Positions 49,301 through 61,386 of a stretch of DNA of 64,000 nucleotides are shown here, piece after piece. The first letter of the stretch is position 1; every line of letters begins with the position of its first letter. The translations under genes were made by a program, and so were the position numbers. Under the pieces are notes generated by a model. That model had not been told where the DNA came from. It did no database searches and worked only from the letters and a program-made list of their open reading frames with translations. Origin of the DNA: Enoplolaimus lenunculus. Its lineage: Eukaryota. The stretch lies in the NCBI GenBank assembly GCA_030248215.1, contig JASANG010000424.1:1-64000 (forward strand). The letters are read 5' to 3'.

Positions 49301-51403
49301 ATGGAAAATACTAAATTTTAAATTAATTCACACGCAATGACTACAAAATACGGAATCGGGAAAAACCTTCAAAGATGCGGAAGTAAACGACAGAACAACG
49401 TCCACCGACACTGTCACTGAGTCGCCAAATTGAAAACTTACAAAATTAAAAACCATCCTACAAAATGGAAAAATACAAAATGTTTCATAAGCCTCAAATC
49501 ACATTTTGCAATCTGAATTCACAACCAAAACATATGATTAGTTCAAGCAAATTCCATTACTTTGCGGTGAACTTTTTAGGCTTAGGCTTAGCATTATACT
49601 CAGTTAAAGTTCGTAATCTAAAATTATAACAAAACTGCAAATTTAAACATATTTTTAGCCTCTTAACTTAAAAAATAGAACGTGCATTAAGCTATAGCTA
49701 ACCTTTGACAAAATTTCTTGCGGCGCAACGCTTAAGCTTTAAAGTATCTTTCTTGCTTAGGCCCAAGCTTAGGTATAAGCTCATTCTTGCGCTTTTAGGC
49801 TGAAGCTTAGGCCAATGGTGATACTACTGTTACGGCCATATTCCATACATTGGCAACAGATTTACTAAAAGTGCATGTAGAAGCTTTATAAATACGGAAC
49901 CGGATACAGCGGTTTACCTTTGACAGTATTTCTTGCGGCGGAACACTGAACGACACCACGCGTAAATCGAGTTTGGTGTACGAATCAATGCACGGAATGA
50001 TCCAAAACAGCCCAGGGCCTTTTTCTTTGCCCGACAGCAGTGAACCGAGTCGGAATATCACCGCGCGTTCGTATTCTTGGCATACTTTTGTCGCAAAAAT
50101 TAACGAAAATGGAAGAAATATAATGATTAAAAATAGCGAAAATGCAGTCAAGATCAAAGCGCAACCGCTTGCCCAAATTTCTTTTTTCAACGTTTGTTGT
50201 GCATCGTCGACTGGTCCTGAAATTTTAATAATTAAAAATATTTTTAAATTTGTAATTTTAAACAACTCAATCGAGTTGAGTCGCATTTGTTTAAGATTTA
50301 AAATAATTTAAATTTTGAAATATTGTTCGTTGTTTTAAATGATTTAATATTGTAAATTTTTTCGTTCCGATTCCGATATAAATTGCGATTTATTTATCTT
50401 TCTGGTGTATGATGGTACCTACAAAATTAAGTAACTGAACATACACAGTTATATAATGTGTATCCTTCTAAGTCTTAAAATGTGAAATTGTAATTAGAAA
50501 ATAGGTTTTTTGCAGACCTGGGAATTGAACGGGTTTTCTATAAAAGCAAATATTTGTAAAATAACGGATCAATTAAAATTTTTTTTGAATTTTTTGTAAT
50601 ATGTCGCCAAGCTGCTGAATTTATTACGCTGCCTTCACACCTTTCTAACTTCTTAAAATTAGGATTATGCTTAAGCCTAAGCTGCATTAATAGTTAACCT
50701 GCTGTTGCAAATTGTACATTGCAAAAATGATGAGTAAAATTTACTCTCTCGGAAATAGGCTCTACGAGACTTCGCAAACTGAGTCATATTCGACTCCGCT
50801 AGAGTCAAATGAGAGACTTAGTGAGTCGAATTTGATTTTGGTGTAATTGGATTTGACTCAGTTTTTGTAGTCCCGTAGAGCCTATTTCGGAGAGAGTCAA
50901 TTTGACTCAGCATTTTTTGCAGTGTAATAGAAATGTAAATGTGCTCAAAGCTGACCAATTTTTATGGTTAAGCTTCGGAATGCCGATTCCTCAAACGGAG
51001 GGGTCTTGTTTCCAACACAAACCACATCATAAGTTTGGTCAAAACTTTAGGGCCGTAACTGTAGATTAAGCATATTACTAAAGCTAAGCGTTGAAAAAGT
51101 GTGAGCCTAAGCGTGAGCAAAAAATATAGTCTGAAATATAAACCTACTTTTTTGCAGTACCACTAAAAACGGAACGGTATTGAGCCAAAATTTCACCCCG
51201 CTAGAGTCAAATTCTACTCACTTGGTCGCACGTTTAACTCTGGCGGAGTCGAATTTGACTCAGTTTGTGTAGCGCCGTAGAGCCTGTTTCGGAGAGAGTC
51301 AATTTAACTCACCATTTTTAGCAGTGTAGACTATAATAAAATCCGTACCTGTTAGTGGTTGTGTTGGCAACGGTTCGCCAGTTTTCGGATGATGACCTTC
51401 CAT
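46293..51403 (-). CDS. Stomatin (SPFH/band 7) family protein with Pro/Gln-rich C-terminal tail, 5 exons
   Basis: Exons 51403-51349, 50216-49918, 49258-49028, 47485-47333 and 46895-46293, phase-consistent. Stomatin motifs LPFSL, QEYERAVIFRLG, GPGLFWIIPCID, VPPQEILSKDSVTVSVDAVVYFRI, LLAQTTLRN, WGVQVERVEVKDIRLP and ALQVRYLQTL are present. The exact paralogue (mec-2/sto type) cannot be assigned. Confidence 0.95.
48165..48890. repeat. Nested inverted-repeat (fold-back) element in stomatin intron 3
   Basis: Outer pair at ~48175-48198 and ~48854-48878, middle pair at 48281-48308 and 48740-48767, inner pair at ~48340-48405 and ~48460-48530. Confidence 0.75.
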
Positions 51404-54400
51404 CGCAATTTGATCTCAATTAATCACATTATTTCAAAAATTTAAATCGTTAGTAATTGATTTTGAATTATTTAAATATTTTTATATTTAGATTTTAAGA
51501 TTTATTTTAGTTCATTAAATTTAAGAGAATTTTACGCTTAAATATTTTAATTTTAAATATTATTAAATTAAATTACGTTTAAAAAGTTAATTTTATTAAT
51601 TTCGGTACAAAATTTTTTATGAATATTTCAATTCGATATACTTTTTATTTAATATTAAAATAATTTAAACTTTAAAATATTATTCTGTTATTTTAAACGA
51701 TATCATATTGTAATTTACGTCTTGAATAATTGTGTTCCAAATTAAAAATTATTTAAATATTGATTAATGTCTTCTTAAATTAAATTTGTTTTCAATTAAA
51801 ATATTATACATTATTAAATTTAAATTTTAACAAATTGTTCACACAATTTGAAGCACAATCGACGTTTGTTTATATACCCGAATCAACGATTTATTGCGTT
51901 CGTACACCGTGTTGATAAAAGTTGTAATCACTAAAATTTGAATTTATAAAATCACATTTAAAACATTTCAAAATTAAAAATATTCTGATTCGACTACGAA
52001 GTGTCTTAAAAGAAACCTATCATTAGTCTGACTGATGTACAGAAAAGGGCCGGAACAGTTGTACAATCATATTCGTACGGCTAAGCGTAAGCCTAAGCCC
52101 AAGCGTAAGGATGAGCCTATTCCTGAGCCTAAGAATAAGCCTAAGCCTAAGCCTGAGCAAAAAAGTTAATCTAAAGGTTAAATTAACTCTATTACAGCCC
52201 CGCCAAGAAAACGATCCGGCCCTGTTCTATACATGGGCTATTTGTCTTGTCACTTCAAACTTTGAAATAAATAGTTCGTTTCGTTAAAAGGTCACAGCAA
52301 TAATTTTTTGTCTAAAGTCAGTAATATATAAAGAGTTTCGGATGCCGAAAAAACTATCTTTCCATCAAGGAACGCTACCATTCTATACTGCCTATAATGT
52401 CAATATTACTACAGCGAGCTTATAATTAAAATATTGTGCTTGAAATAAGCTGATAATTCGAAAATTAATAATGGACAAACTAAGTTTGAAAGCTGAAATT
52501 TTGTTGTTGTTGTTGTTGTGATTCTAATTTAAAATCCTAACGTCATCTTCGACGCAAAACTGCTGGTTTTTTCTCAAACATATTTCAAAGCTGACAATAA
52601 TTATATAAACTGATTTAAATCAATAAAATATTCTGCCAATCAAGGAATCGAAGGTTCGTAAACTGACTGATAATTTTAACAAGATTGCTTAATTTTGAAC
52701 ATTTTTGAAATTTTAATTCTTAAATTGTTTTTAACCATTTTTTCACGAGTTGTAAAAGAATTAACATATGTCTAAAACACTATAGGAAAGTTGGCCAATG
52801 TATAGAACGATGTCCGTAACAGTAGTACGAGCACATTCGTAAGCCTAAGCCTCAGACTAAGCCTAAACCTATGCGTAAGAAAGAGCTTATACCTAGATTA
52901 AACTTAAGCCTGAACTGAACTTAGTCCAAAGCTTAAGCTTACTGTATTTTATTGCAAGCCTGCAGAAAAACGTTCTGCTTTTGATCTTTACATTGGCCAG
53001 TAAAGTTACCTATAATTAAAATGGAAAAAATTTACAGTGTCTTGATGCAATCAAACTTAAACTTTGCCACGCTGCTATTGGCAGCGCTGGCCACAAGGTG
53101 TAAATTGCCAAACGCAAGCTTCCCAAAGCATTTTGCTTAACTCTAAAAAAACGTAAATAAAAACCGCAGAACATCTAAATATAACTACAAACTAGGCATT
53201 CTAAATCGGTTGCACTTCAAACCAAAAACACCGCAAACCAAATCATAAATTCCTGTACGGTATCGGTATATATTCAAAGCAACAAGTGCGTCCGCAGCAA
53301 AATTTTCGCAAACGTCTCGATATGGTACTGCATATCCTTACAATGACTACATCCCAGCGGTGGATTTACCGGGATTGAACAACGGATCCGTAAACCGGCG
53401 GAAATTCAACTAAAACATATCTTGGCAACAGGTTTTGAAACTTTTTAAAGGGAAATTTATTAGAAACACTGCGTGGAATTTTGTAAATAAATCGATTTAA
53501 CTACTGATATCCTAAACACCCCACCGGGACAGCGTTGATCGGCACTGTTTTATATGTTTTGGTAGGGTTCATTATAGACAGGGCGCATTTCTAGAGGGGG
53601 AACTGAGAATTTTTCGAACAAAATGTTCTTAATGCAGTAAAAAGTTTTTTTGCCATACGTGCGAAGATCATCCCGCCGGCCTCGCTTTGACGTACTTTCT
53701 AAAAGCTTAAACTAACTTGATTTAAGCTTAAGCCAATCCAGAAGTATTAAAGTAACTTCTTAGATTAACTGAACCAACTGGTAGGTTTACGCTTGAGCAA
53801 ATTTAAAATTTTACGTATTGTTAGTTTAAGCTAAGCTTAATGAACTCTTAGATACAGATAATTTCGGAGATAAATTGGTTTCTTAAACCAAAATTTAATT
53901 TACTTTTACACTCGTGTTATACGTAAAAATATGTTAGTTTAAGTAAATCTTAAAATTCTAGTTCAGGTAGTCCGTCCAGCCATTCGAGTTTTACTTACAC
54001 TAATATTTAAGATTAGTTAAGCTATAATTTATGTTTAAGTTTTACTGGCGTGAGAACATGAGCCGTGGGAACTTATATCGTGAGAAAAAATGTGGCGTGA
54101 AATTTATGGATCGTGACAACTTGTGCTCCAAAAGGTTCTGGTGCCTGTGTGAGAGCCGGTGCCTCTGAAAATCTGAAATTTTCTAACATTTGAAAAAAAC
54201 AATTTCGCTTTGTTAGTTCTGATTCTCTTTCCACAAAGATTTACATGGTTATTAAGAATTGTTACAGAGCGTAATCAAACTCCATTCGACGGTATTACGA
54301 CAATTTCTCGCCTGACAACTCGCCGCCCGACAACTTATAATCGACATTTTATAGACTCGACAAATTCATCGCACACTAATTATGCTTAGGCTTACCCCTA

Positions 54401-54617
54401 GGATTATCCTTCGGATAACAGTTTGATATATTCACAGGCTTTCGGTCACTGTGGGGCGCAAAGTTGTCGGGCGACGAATCGTCGTAGATTCACTTTTGAC
54501 TCTGTGGAAGGATATTGTATGTAGCAGTAAAAAATATACTAAAAAACGCAATGTATAAACGGAATCGAGCACTGGAATTATCGATGCGAGAAATTATGAC
54601 CGTAGTAAATTTATCAC

Positions 54618-54765
54618 CGTGAGAATCGGAGCTCGTGAGAAATTTCTCGTGAGAATCGGAGCTCGTGAGATATTTCTCGTGAGAATCGGAGCTCGTGAGA
54701 AATTACTCGTGAGAATCGGAGCTCGTGAGGAATTTTTCGTGAGAATCGGAGCTCGTGAGAAATTT
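54618..54765. repeat. 30-bp minisatellite, ~5 copies (CGTGAGAATCGGAGCTCGTGAGAAATTTCT)
   Basis: Units start at 54618, 54648, 54678, 54708 and 54738. Confidence 0.95.
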
Positions 54766-55050
54766 TTGACGAGTTCCCTTTGACAACAGCACCAGTGGGA
54801 AAATTCATACGTGATAAATGATGCTCACCGCATGCATTCAGGTATGACAATTTAAAATTTAAAATGCAATTCAGTCATTGGTGGAGGTGAAACAATATAT
54901 ATGTGATTACGCAATTTACAACATCTATTGCAAACTGGTGATTGGTGCGATTGGGGGGTGATAATCTTACCCCTCCCCATTCCCGTCAAGTAACAAAACA
55001 TCTATGCACAAAAAATACAGCAGATTTGGAAAAAAGGTACATGTCGTATA

Positions 55051-55252
55051 CACTGCAAAAAATGGTGAGTCAAATTGACTCCCTCCGAAATAGGTTTTTC
55101 CTAACTACACAAACTGAGTCAAAATTCGAGTCTCCGCCAGAGTCAAATTCAGTCGAATTTGACTCAGCCGGAGTCAAATTTTGACTCAGTTTGTGCAGTC
55201 AGGAAAAGCCTATTTCGGAGAGAGTCAACTTGACTCAACATTTTTTGCAGTG
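55051..55252. mobile_element. MITE family A, near-consensus copy
   Basis: ta|CACTGCAAAAAATGGTGAGTCAAATTGACTC...TTTTTTGCAGTG|ta. Confidence 0.9.
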
Positions 55253-58200
55253 TACTGTACACCTATTTTCCCTCAGAATACGACTGTGCACCGCTGGAAA
55301 CACTGAGGGTGGCGTTATAGTTGTCTTGCGGCGCCGACGTCGCGGTACGGTACCGGACGACGGAGGAACGTCAATAAAAGTATAACACCACTGTTATTCA
55401 AATCAATTCAACGAACTGCTAGACCCAAAAGGTAGCATACCATAACGTTTTAACAAAAAAACACCATTCTTTCTTACTAGCAAAACCCTAATATAAAATG
55501 CAAACGACCACGCAAGTGAATAATATCGCAAAATGCTAAATTGATTAATATTACAAAATGCTAAATGCAAACTTTAAATGTTCTAAATAGAGTTGCAATA
55601 TTTAAAAATAAATACCCGAAGCCGGACCCGGATTTTTCTGTACGAAAATCCCGGAATTTTAATAAATGCCAACCCGGATCCGGATGTAACTCTCGTTCTA
55701 AAATTACCAGTATTCAATCGTGTACCATTTAAAAAGTCTTATTTTGCTGGTTTACTTAAACTTTTAAAATGAACGTAATTAAAAAATGTTTGTCGTTGCT
55801 AATTCTGAGATGAAACTTGCTTTTCGCTGTCTAAATATGCAAGATCTCGCAATCTTATCGCTGCAAAAAATGGTGAGTCAAATTGTACTCTCTAAGAAAT
55901 AGGCTTTTCCTGACTACACAAACTGAGCCAAAAATCGACTCCGCTAGAGTCGAATTGAGTCGAATTTGACTCTAGCGGAGTCGAATTTTGGCTCAGTTTG
56001 TGTAGTCAGGAACAGTCTATTTCAGAGAAAGTCAATTTGACTCACCATTTTTTGCAGTTTAGTTGCGTAAATTTGGCTGATGTTTTGTAATTAACCAGGC
56101 CAAAAATAACTGATTGAAAAGATTCAGGGCAAAAATTGCCAAAGACACAAAACGAATACATTTCTTAGATTTTCCTAAATTGTGTTTGAAATTTAAAAAC
56201 AATTTATTAAAATTGAAAAAATTGCATACGAACTTCAATTAAAATTGCGTTAATTGTAAAGAACACCGAAATGCGTTACTTATTAGTGTAATATCGCTAT
56301 AACGGTGCTCAAAATACGTATGTCGGGACAGAACCAGCTTTATTAAATTATTAAACGACATTTGTAAGTTTTCACTTTAGTGTTTTACGAGATAAAAGTA
56401 TATTTTGCATTAATAAATTTTTGAATCTAAAATTCGTAAATGAACAATGATTTCATAAATAAAAAGTTGCTAATGAATTTGTACAATTTATAGTTCAAAG
56501 TCGCAAACCACCCGTTTCTACAACTTAAACAAAACTGTCAATTTTCGTCTTAAATTCGGTACAAGTACAATGACTATTTTATAAAATTGTATTTTAGTGC
56601 AAAAAAACACGATCCTTAGCGAGCAAACGAGTGTCAAAAACACATAAATAAAAACTTTCAAAAATCTAAAAATGTCTAAAAACTAAACATTCTAAACTTT
56701 GAGATATGACTATTTTAGTAAAATAGAATTCTTAATCAAAGCCTAAGACATATCCTAAACCTAAGCCTGAAGCTGCACTGTAAAAAATAGTGAGTCAAAT
56801 TGACTCTCTCCGAAATAGGCTTTTCTTGACTACACAAACTGAGTCACATTCGACTCCGCCAGAGTCAAATTCGACTCACTGAGCGATTTGGTGAATCGAA
56901 TTTGACTCTGGCGGAGTCGAATTTTGACTCAGCTTGTGCAGTCAGGAAAAGCCCATTTCGGAGAGAGTCAATTTGACTCACCATTTTTTGCAATGTGGTA
57001 TTTACCAAATCGCAGTTTACCCAAACAAAACAAATATGCTAATCCAGTGACCCGGAGTTAAACTAAACTGTGCATCGCAGTGATGTTGTAGCGATTTTCG
57101 CTACAATTTTTGAACTCAGTTGAGTTATTTTACCGAAAAATACAACTTTGGTTCAATATTCCTGACAAACTTTTCCAGGCGTAGAACCAGAAAATTCTTT
57201 GACCTCTGGTAACATTTTCGGCAGGTCGCTAGTCTACTTAGCCGTTCAATTGAATGGAGCTCATATCGCGAGTTAATTATCAACTCTTAAACGACAGATT
57301 CAAGTATGGTGTAGCGAAGCTTAAATTCAAGTTGAAATTTTGAAATCTCATGTTTTAACTGTTGATAGGTGGTACACACATTTTGAGAATACAATTCTAA
57401 AATTTAAATCCTAATAAACTAAATCAAGTATTTCTAAAACTGTAGTACGATTTCTACCTATTGATAAACGCCCCGCCAGACAAAGTAAGGTAAATACGTA
57501 AGCATAAGTTTGAATACTAGATTTATGCCTGATTGCACTAGGCATGGTAGCTAGAAAGTATTTAAGTTTAACGCAGCATTAGGGAACAAAACATTATCGG
57601 GTATACGGGGTATATTACAAAAAATTGGGTAAGGAAAATACTAACTTTGACAGGTTTTGAAATTAACCGTCTATTTCTAGAAGCCAAGAGATTGTCTCGA
57701 CGCTAGACTTGGTCAGACAAACGTTTTAATATTTTCCTAAAACTATACCACAGTCGAACTGAAACTCTGGCTACAGTATTGCGAAGTCATATATATGTTA
57801 GTATCGATAGACCGTGGTCACACTGTAAATTCCAATGAGTTGATTAATTATCTCAGAGACAGACGGAAAGAGTTAGTTTGGATTATTTCTGAGATAATAA
57901 CAGTACATTTTAATTCAATCAGAGATAACTTAATTCCGAATGTGTTGATTAAACAGAAAATGAGTGCAATCAATTCGAAGTTCTGATTTCTGAAAGACCT
58001 AATTCAGAGCTTAGACTTTTGTGTAGATCAAACTCATTCTGAGTTAAAATCAACACACTAGAATTTACAGTGCAAATTTTATCACCGAGTTTTTAAAATT
58101 TCTCAAATACCGCAAACCCAATAGAAAATACAGAATGTAATCCTCGTTTCTTAGACTAAGAATGACAATAACCCAAGTCCCCTGAAACGTTTTGTTTATA

Positions 58201-58796
58201 CTTTTTAACGGTTCCGTTTCCGGTATTTGTGATATCCGATATTCGGTTTTATATAACACATTAAATAGTCATTTCGCTTACAATTTTAAGTAATTATTAT
58301 TTTTAAGCAATTTAAGATATAAAAAAATTTCAAAAAAAATTGAAGAAAATATTAAATGTTAACACCGATATTTTAACCATAAGTTCCCGTTTGACGACAA
58401 AAAGTTCGTTCTTGTGAGCCAAATTGAAAATAACGTAAGCGGAAAGTTGATTTTTAAGTAATAAAAATTGTAAAATTAGAGTTTAAGTTTTTAAACAGCA
58501 AACAAAATATGTCGATCATTAGTTACGGATTTTAAGAACTAAAAATTGTCGTTAAGTTGTAAAAAGGATTCATTTTAAGACAATTCGTCTACCCATCAAA
58601 GGAAGTTTGATTCTTAACCACTGCGATAAATGCAGATTGCAAACGCTATAATTGCAACATATGCGATATACCAAGCGCAAAGAACATGCGAAAACAGATA
58701 AAAAATAAAATACAACAAATCCCAAGCAAATATAAACACGCATTCAGGAACAAAGTTTCTTTAATGCCCGTTCTATATTGTGTCATACAGTAAAGA

Positions 58797-58860
58797 ACAG
58801 CAGTGGTAATCGCTTGAGGTTTGAAATCTGACGGCCCGGGTTCGATTCCCAGACAGAACA
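58797..58860 (+). pseudogene. Degenerate tRNA-like fragment
   Basis: GCAGTGGTAATCGC, a TTGAAA loop and a B-box-like GGGTTCGATTCCC. There is no intact acceptor stem. Confidence 0.5.
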
Positions 58861-59288
58861 AATGATTAGATGAAATATATTTCGGGCATTAGAGAATGCA
58901 AATTCGGGCTCACACACGGTTTACAGCTAATACAGTGATAACACGCGGTAATTTCGACAAATTGTAGCATCTATAGCCAGTTGACGATATCGTCTTGTAG
59001 CTTTTAAACCAAGTACTGTCAAAACCAGTTGTTCTACTTAAAATAACCTACTGCTAAATGGTGACAGTTGCTACACTCATTTGAGAATACTTGCTTTTGT
59101 GACATTTTGCTATTACATGCTTAATAATTGTTTACATATATAACAAACCATCACTGCAAACTGTGCATAAATAAGCTTAACTTGAGCAATAAATTAACAA
59201 GAAAATAATAGTTTTGCTTAAGGAGACATCGTGAGTCTACAATTTCAATTAAACTAGGGATAGTATGCTTGAACGGTGAATTTATAAC

Positions 59289-59461
59289 CAGTGGCGGATC
59301 CAGGATCTCAAAATGGGGGGCCAAAATTTCACAGGTAATAAACTTACTTTTGACCCATACACAAACCACGAACTATTGTAACAAAATTGCTATATAATTT
59401 TTGTCGAGATGCTGTTGGGGGGGGGGCCACGGCCGGGGTGGCCCCCATGGATCCGCCATTG
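59289..59461. mobile_element. hAT-like MITE (CAGTGGCGGATCC TIR)
   Basis: TIRs cagtggcggatcc and ggatccgccattg. The flanking 8-mers tttataac and tttgtaac fit an 8-bp TSD with one mismatch. Confidence 0.75.
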
Positions 59462-59874
59462 TTTGTAACTTATCAAATGTAGTCAGCAACTTAAACTATT
59501 TAGTTATAACTTAAATGCGATTTTAACATTGACAAAATGGTTAAGTAATTACTTTTAGCACGCACTCAAGTACTGTGTTGTCGTTAAGTAAGGTTTCAAA
59601 AACCCAGCCAGCATGCCTTAATTTGAATGCAATTTGTCTGCAAAAAATACCTAATTATTTATATAAACATACCATTTTTATGGCAAATATACCATGATTA
59701 CTTTGCCAATTTTTTTCACCACAATATTAAAATAATGGTAACTATTTGTGTAGACACGCGCTACAGTTACTACAGTAAAATTAAAACGAAAAATAATGTG
59801 ACAAAAACAAATTGCCCGTGACATTAAAAAAAGCGAACCATAATGAAAGCCAGTAATGCCGCCGGTATCGCAAA

Positions 59875-60012
59875 AAAACCTCGTTGGTCCAAAAGAATTG
59901 TAGCCAACATGACGTCGGTGCCCCAAACCCTCGTTGGTCCGCAGGAATTGTAGCCAAAAATGATACCGGCGCCCCAAAGAAACCTCGTATGTCCAAAGAA
60001 ATAGCAGCCAAC
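59875..60012. repeat. Degenerate ~50-55-bp tandem repeat (AAACCTCGTTGGTCC..GAATTGTAGCCAA), 3 copies
   Basis: The motif recurs at ~59876, ~59926 and ~59980. Confidence 0.7.
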
Positions 60013-60997
60013 GAGCCATTTATCAATATAAATTTGCTTGCTTTATTGTCGCTATATGTGAACGTTAAAGTGCATGAAACGCAAGTAATGCTATACATGT
60101 GCATATATACCGGAATAAGAAGTTGTAGCAACGACCACGTTACGTAGCGATAGTATTAAGTTTAAATTGAGTTCACACACGTCCGAGGTTCTATTTTCTG
60201 GTTGGTGCTATACTTGAGGCGAAACGACTGGATCGAGTTATCCCCGAATCATACAGTTGTGATATAACCAATCAAATTGATAGCTTTTTGACACTTGTTG
60301 GATTCCAAAAAACAGCCCCACAAGTCCCCTTTAAAACTATGGTCCGCTTACTACAGCTGTGATTTTAACAATTATTTTTAGCACCCAAAATTATATAAAA
60401 ATAAAAAATAAACAATCACGAAATAAATACACACAAAAAACATTAATAATATTTAATATTCACTGCAGATTGATCAAACAAAACAAAATAGGTTGCCATC
60501 CTTAATATCGTACAACTTTGCGAGAAAGTTTGGGTATTAATGGTAAAAGTTTGAAACCTATTAATGGTCACGCCGGTGTTTAATGGTAATTTTCAAATTT
60601 GAGGTTCCATAACCTTCCAATCAAAAACTGTCTTAATGCCGGATGAGACAGAGACCAATCAGAGGTTTTCTGTGAATATGTTTACTTTAAAAATGAAATA
60701 TTATTTTTTTTTTCAAAAATATGCATCTTTTCAATGTTTTTGCTGGCCATCACTTTAATATTTGGCCCATGTTACTTTAAGGAACGTTCAGGTTTCTGGT
60801 GGGTCTATAAAAGAGTAGGTTTAGATTCTAGATTACATTTTTTTTGCTTAGGCTTTAGGCTTATTACAAAATATAATAAACACACCATATACAATCATAT
60901 ACAGCAAACATTTGCATGTAAAACTTACATTCGAGTTGTGTTGGTTTTCAATTTGGGTTGAATTCCAGGCAAAGCATCACCAGAAATTCACATTTGG

Positions 60998-61098
60998 TTA
61001 TAATTATTATTGTTGTTGTTGCTGCTGCTGCTGTTGTTGTTGTTGTTTGTTGGTGGTGTTGTTGCTGGTGCTGTTGTTGCTGGTGCTGTTGTTGCTGC

Positions 61099-61133
<35 letters not shown>

Positions 61134-61168
61134 GTTGGTGGTGTTGTTGCTGGTGCTGTTGTTGCTGC

Positions 61169-61245
<77 letters not shown>

Positions 61246-61386
61246 GTTGGTGGTGTTGTTGCTGGTGCTGTTGTTGCTGCTGCTGCTGCTGTTGCTGTTG
61301 CTTGTTGGTGTTGTTGTTGGTGATGTTGTTCTTGTTGTTGTTGTTGCTGTCGTTGTTGGTGTTGTTGTCGTAGTTGTTGTTATTGT
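60998..61386. repeat. Compound (GTT/GCT/GGT)n trinucleotide microsatellite with a higher-order unit
   Basis: Pure GTT runs separated by a repeated tttgttggtggtgttgttgctggtgc block at ~61046, ~61131 and ~61243. Confidence 0.97.

Noticed and set aside
54614..54850. ORF with SHELRFSR repeats, and a CRISPR-like appearance
   Set aside because: It is a simple 30-bp tandem repeat with no unique spacers and no cas genes, in eukaryotic DNA.
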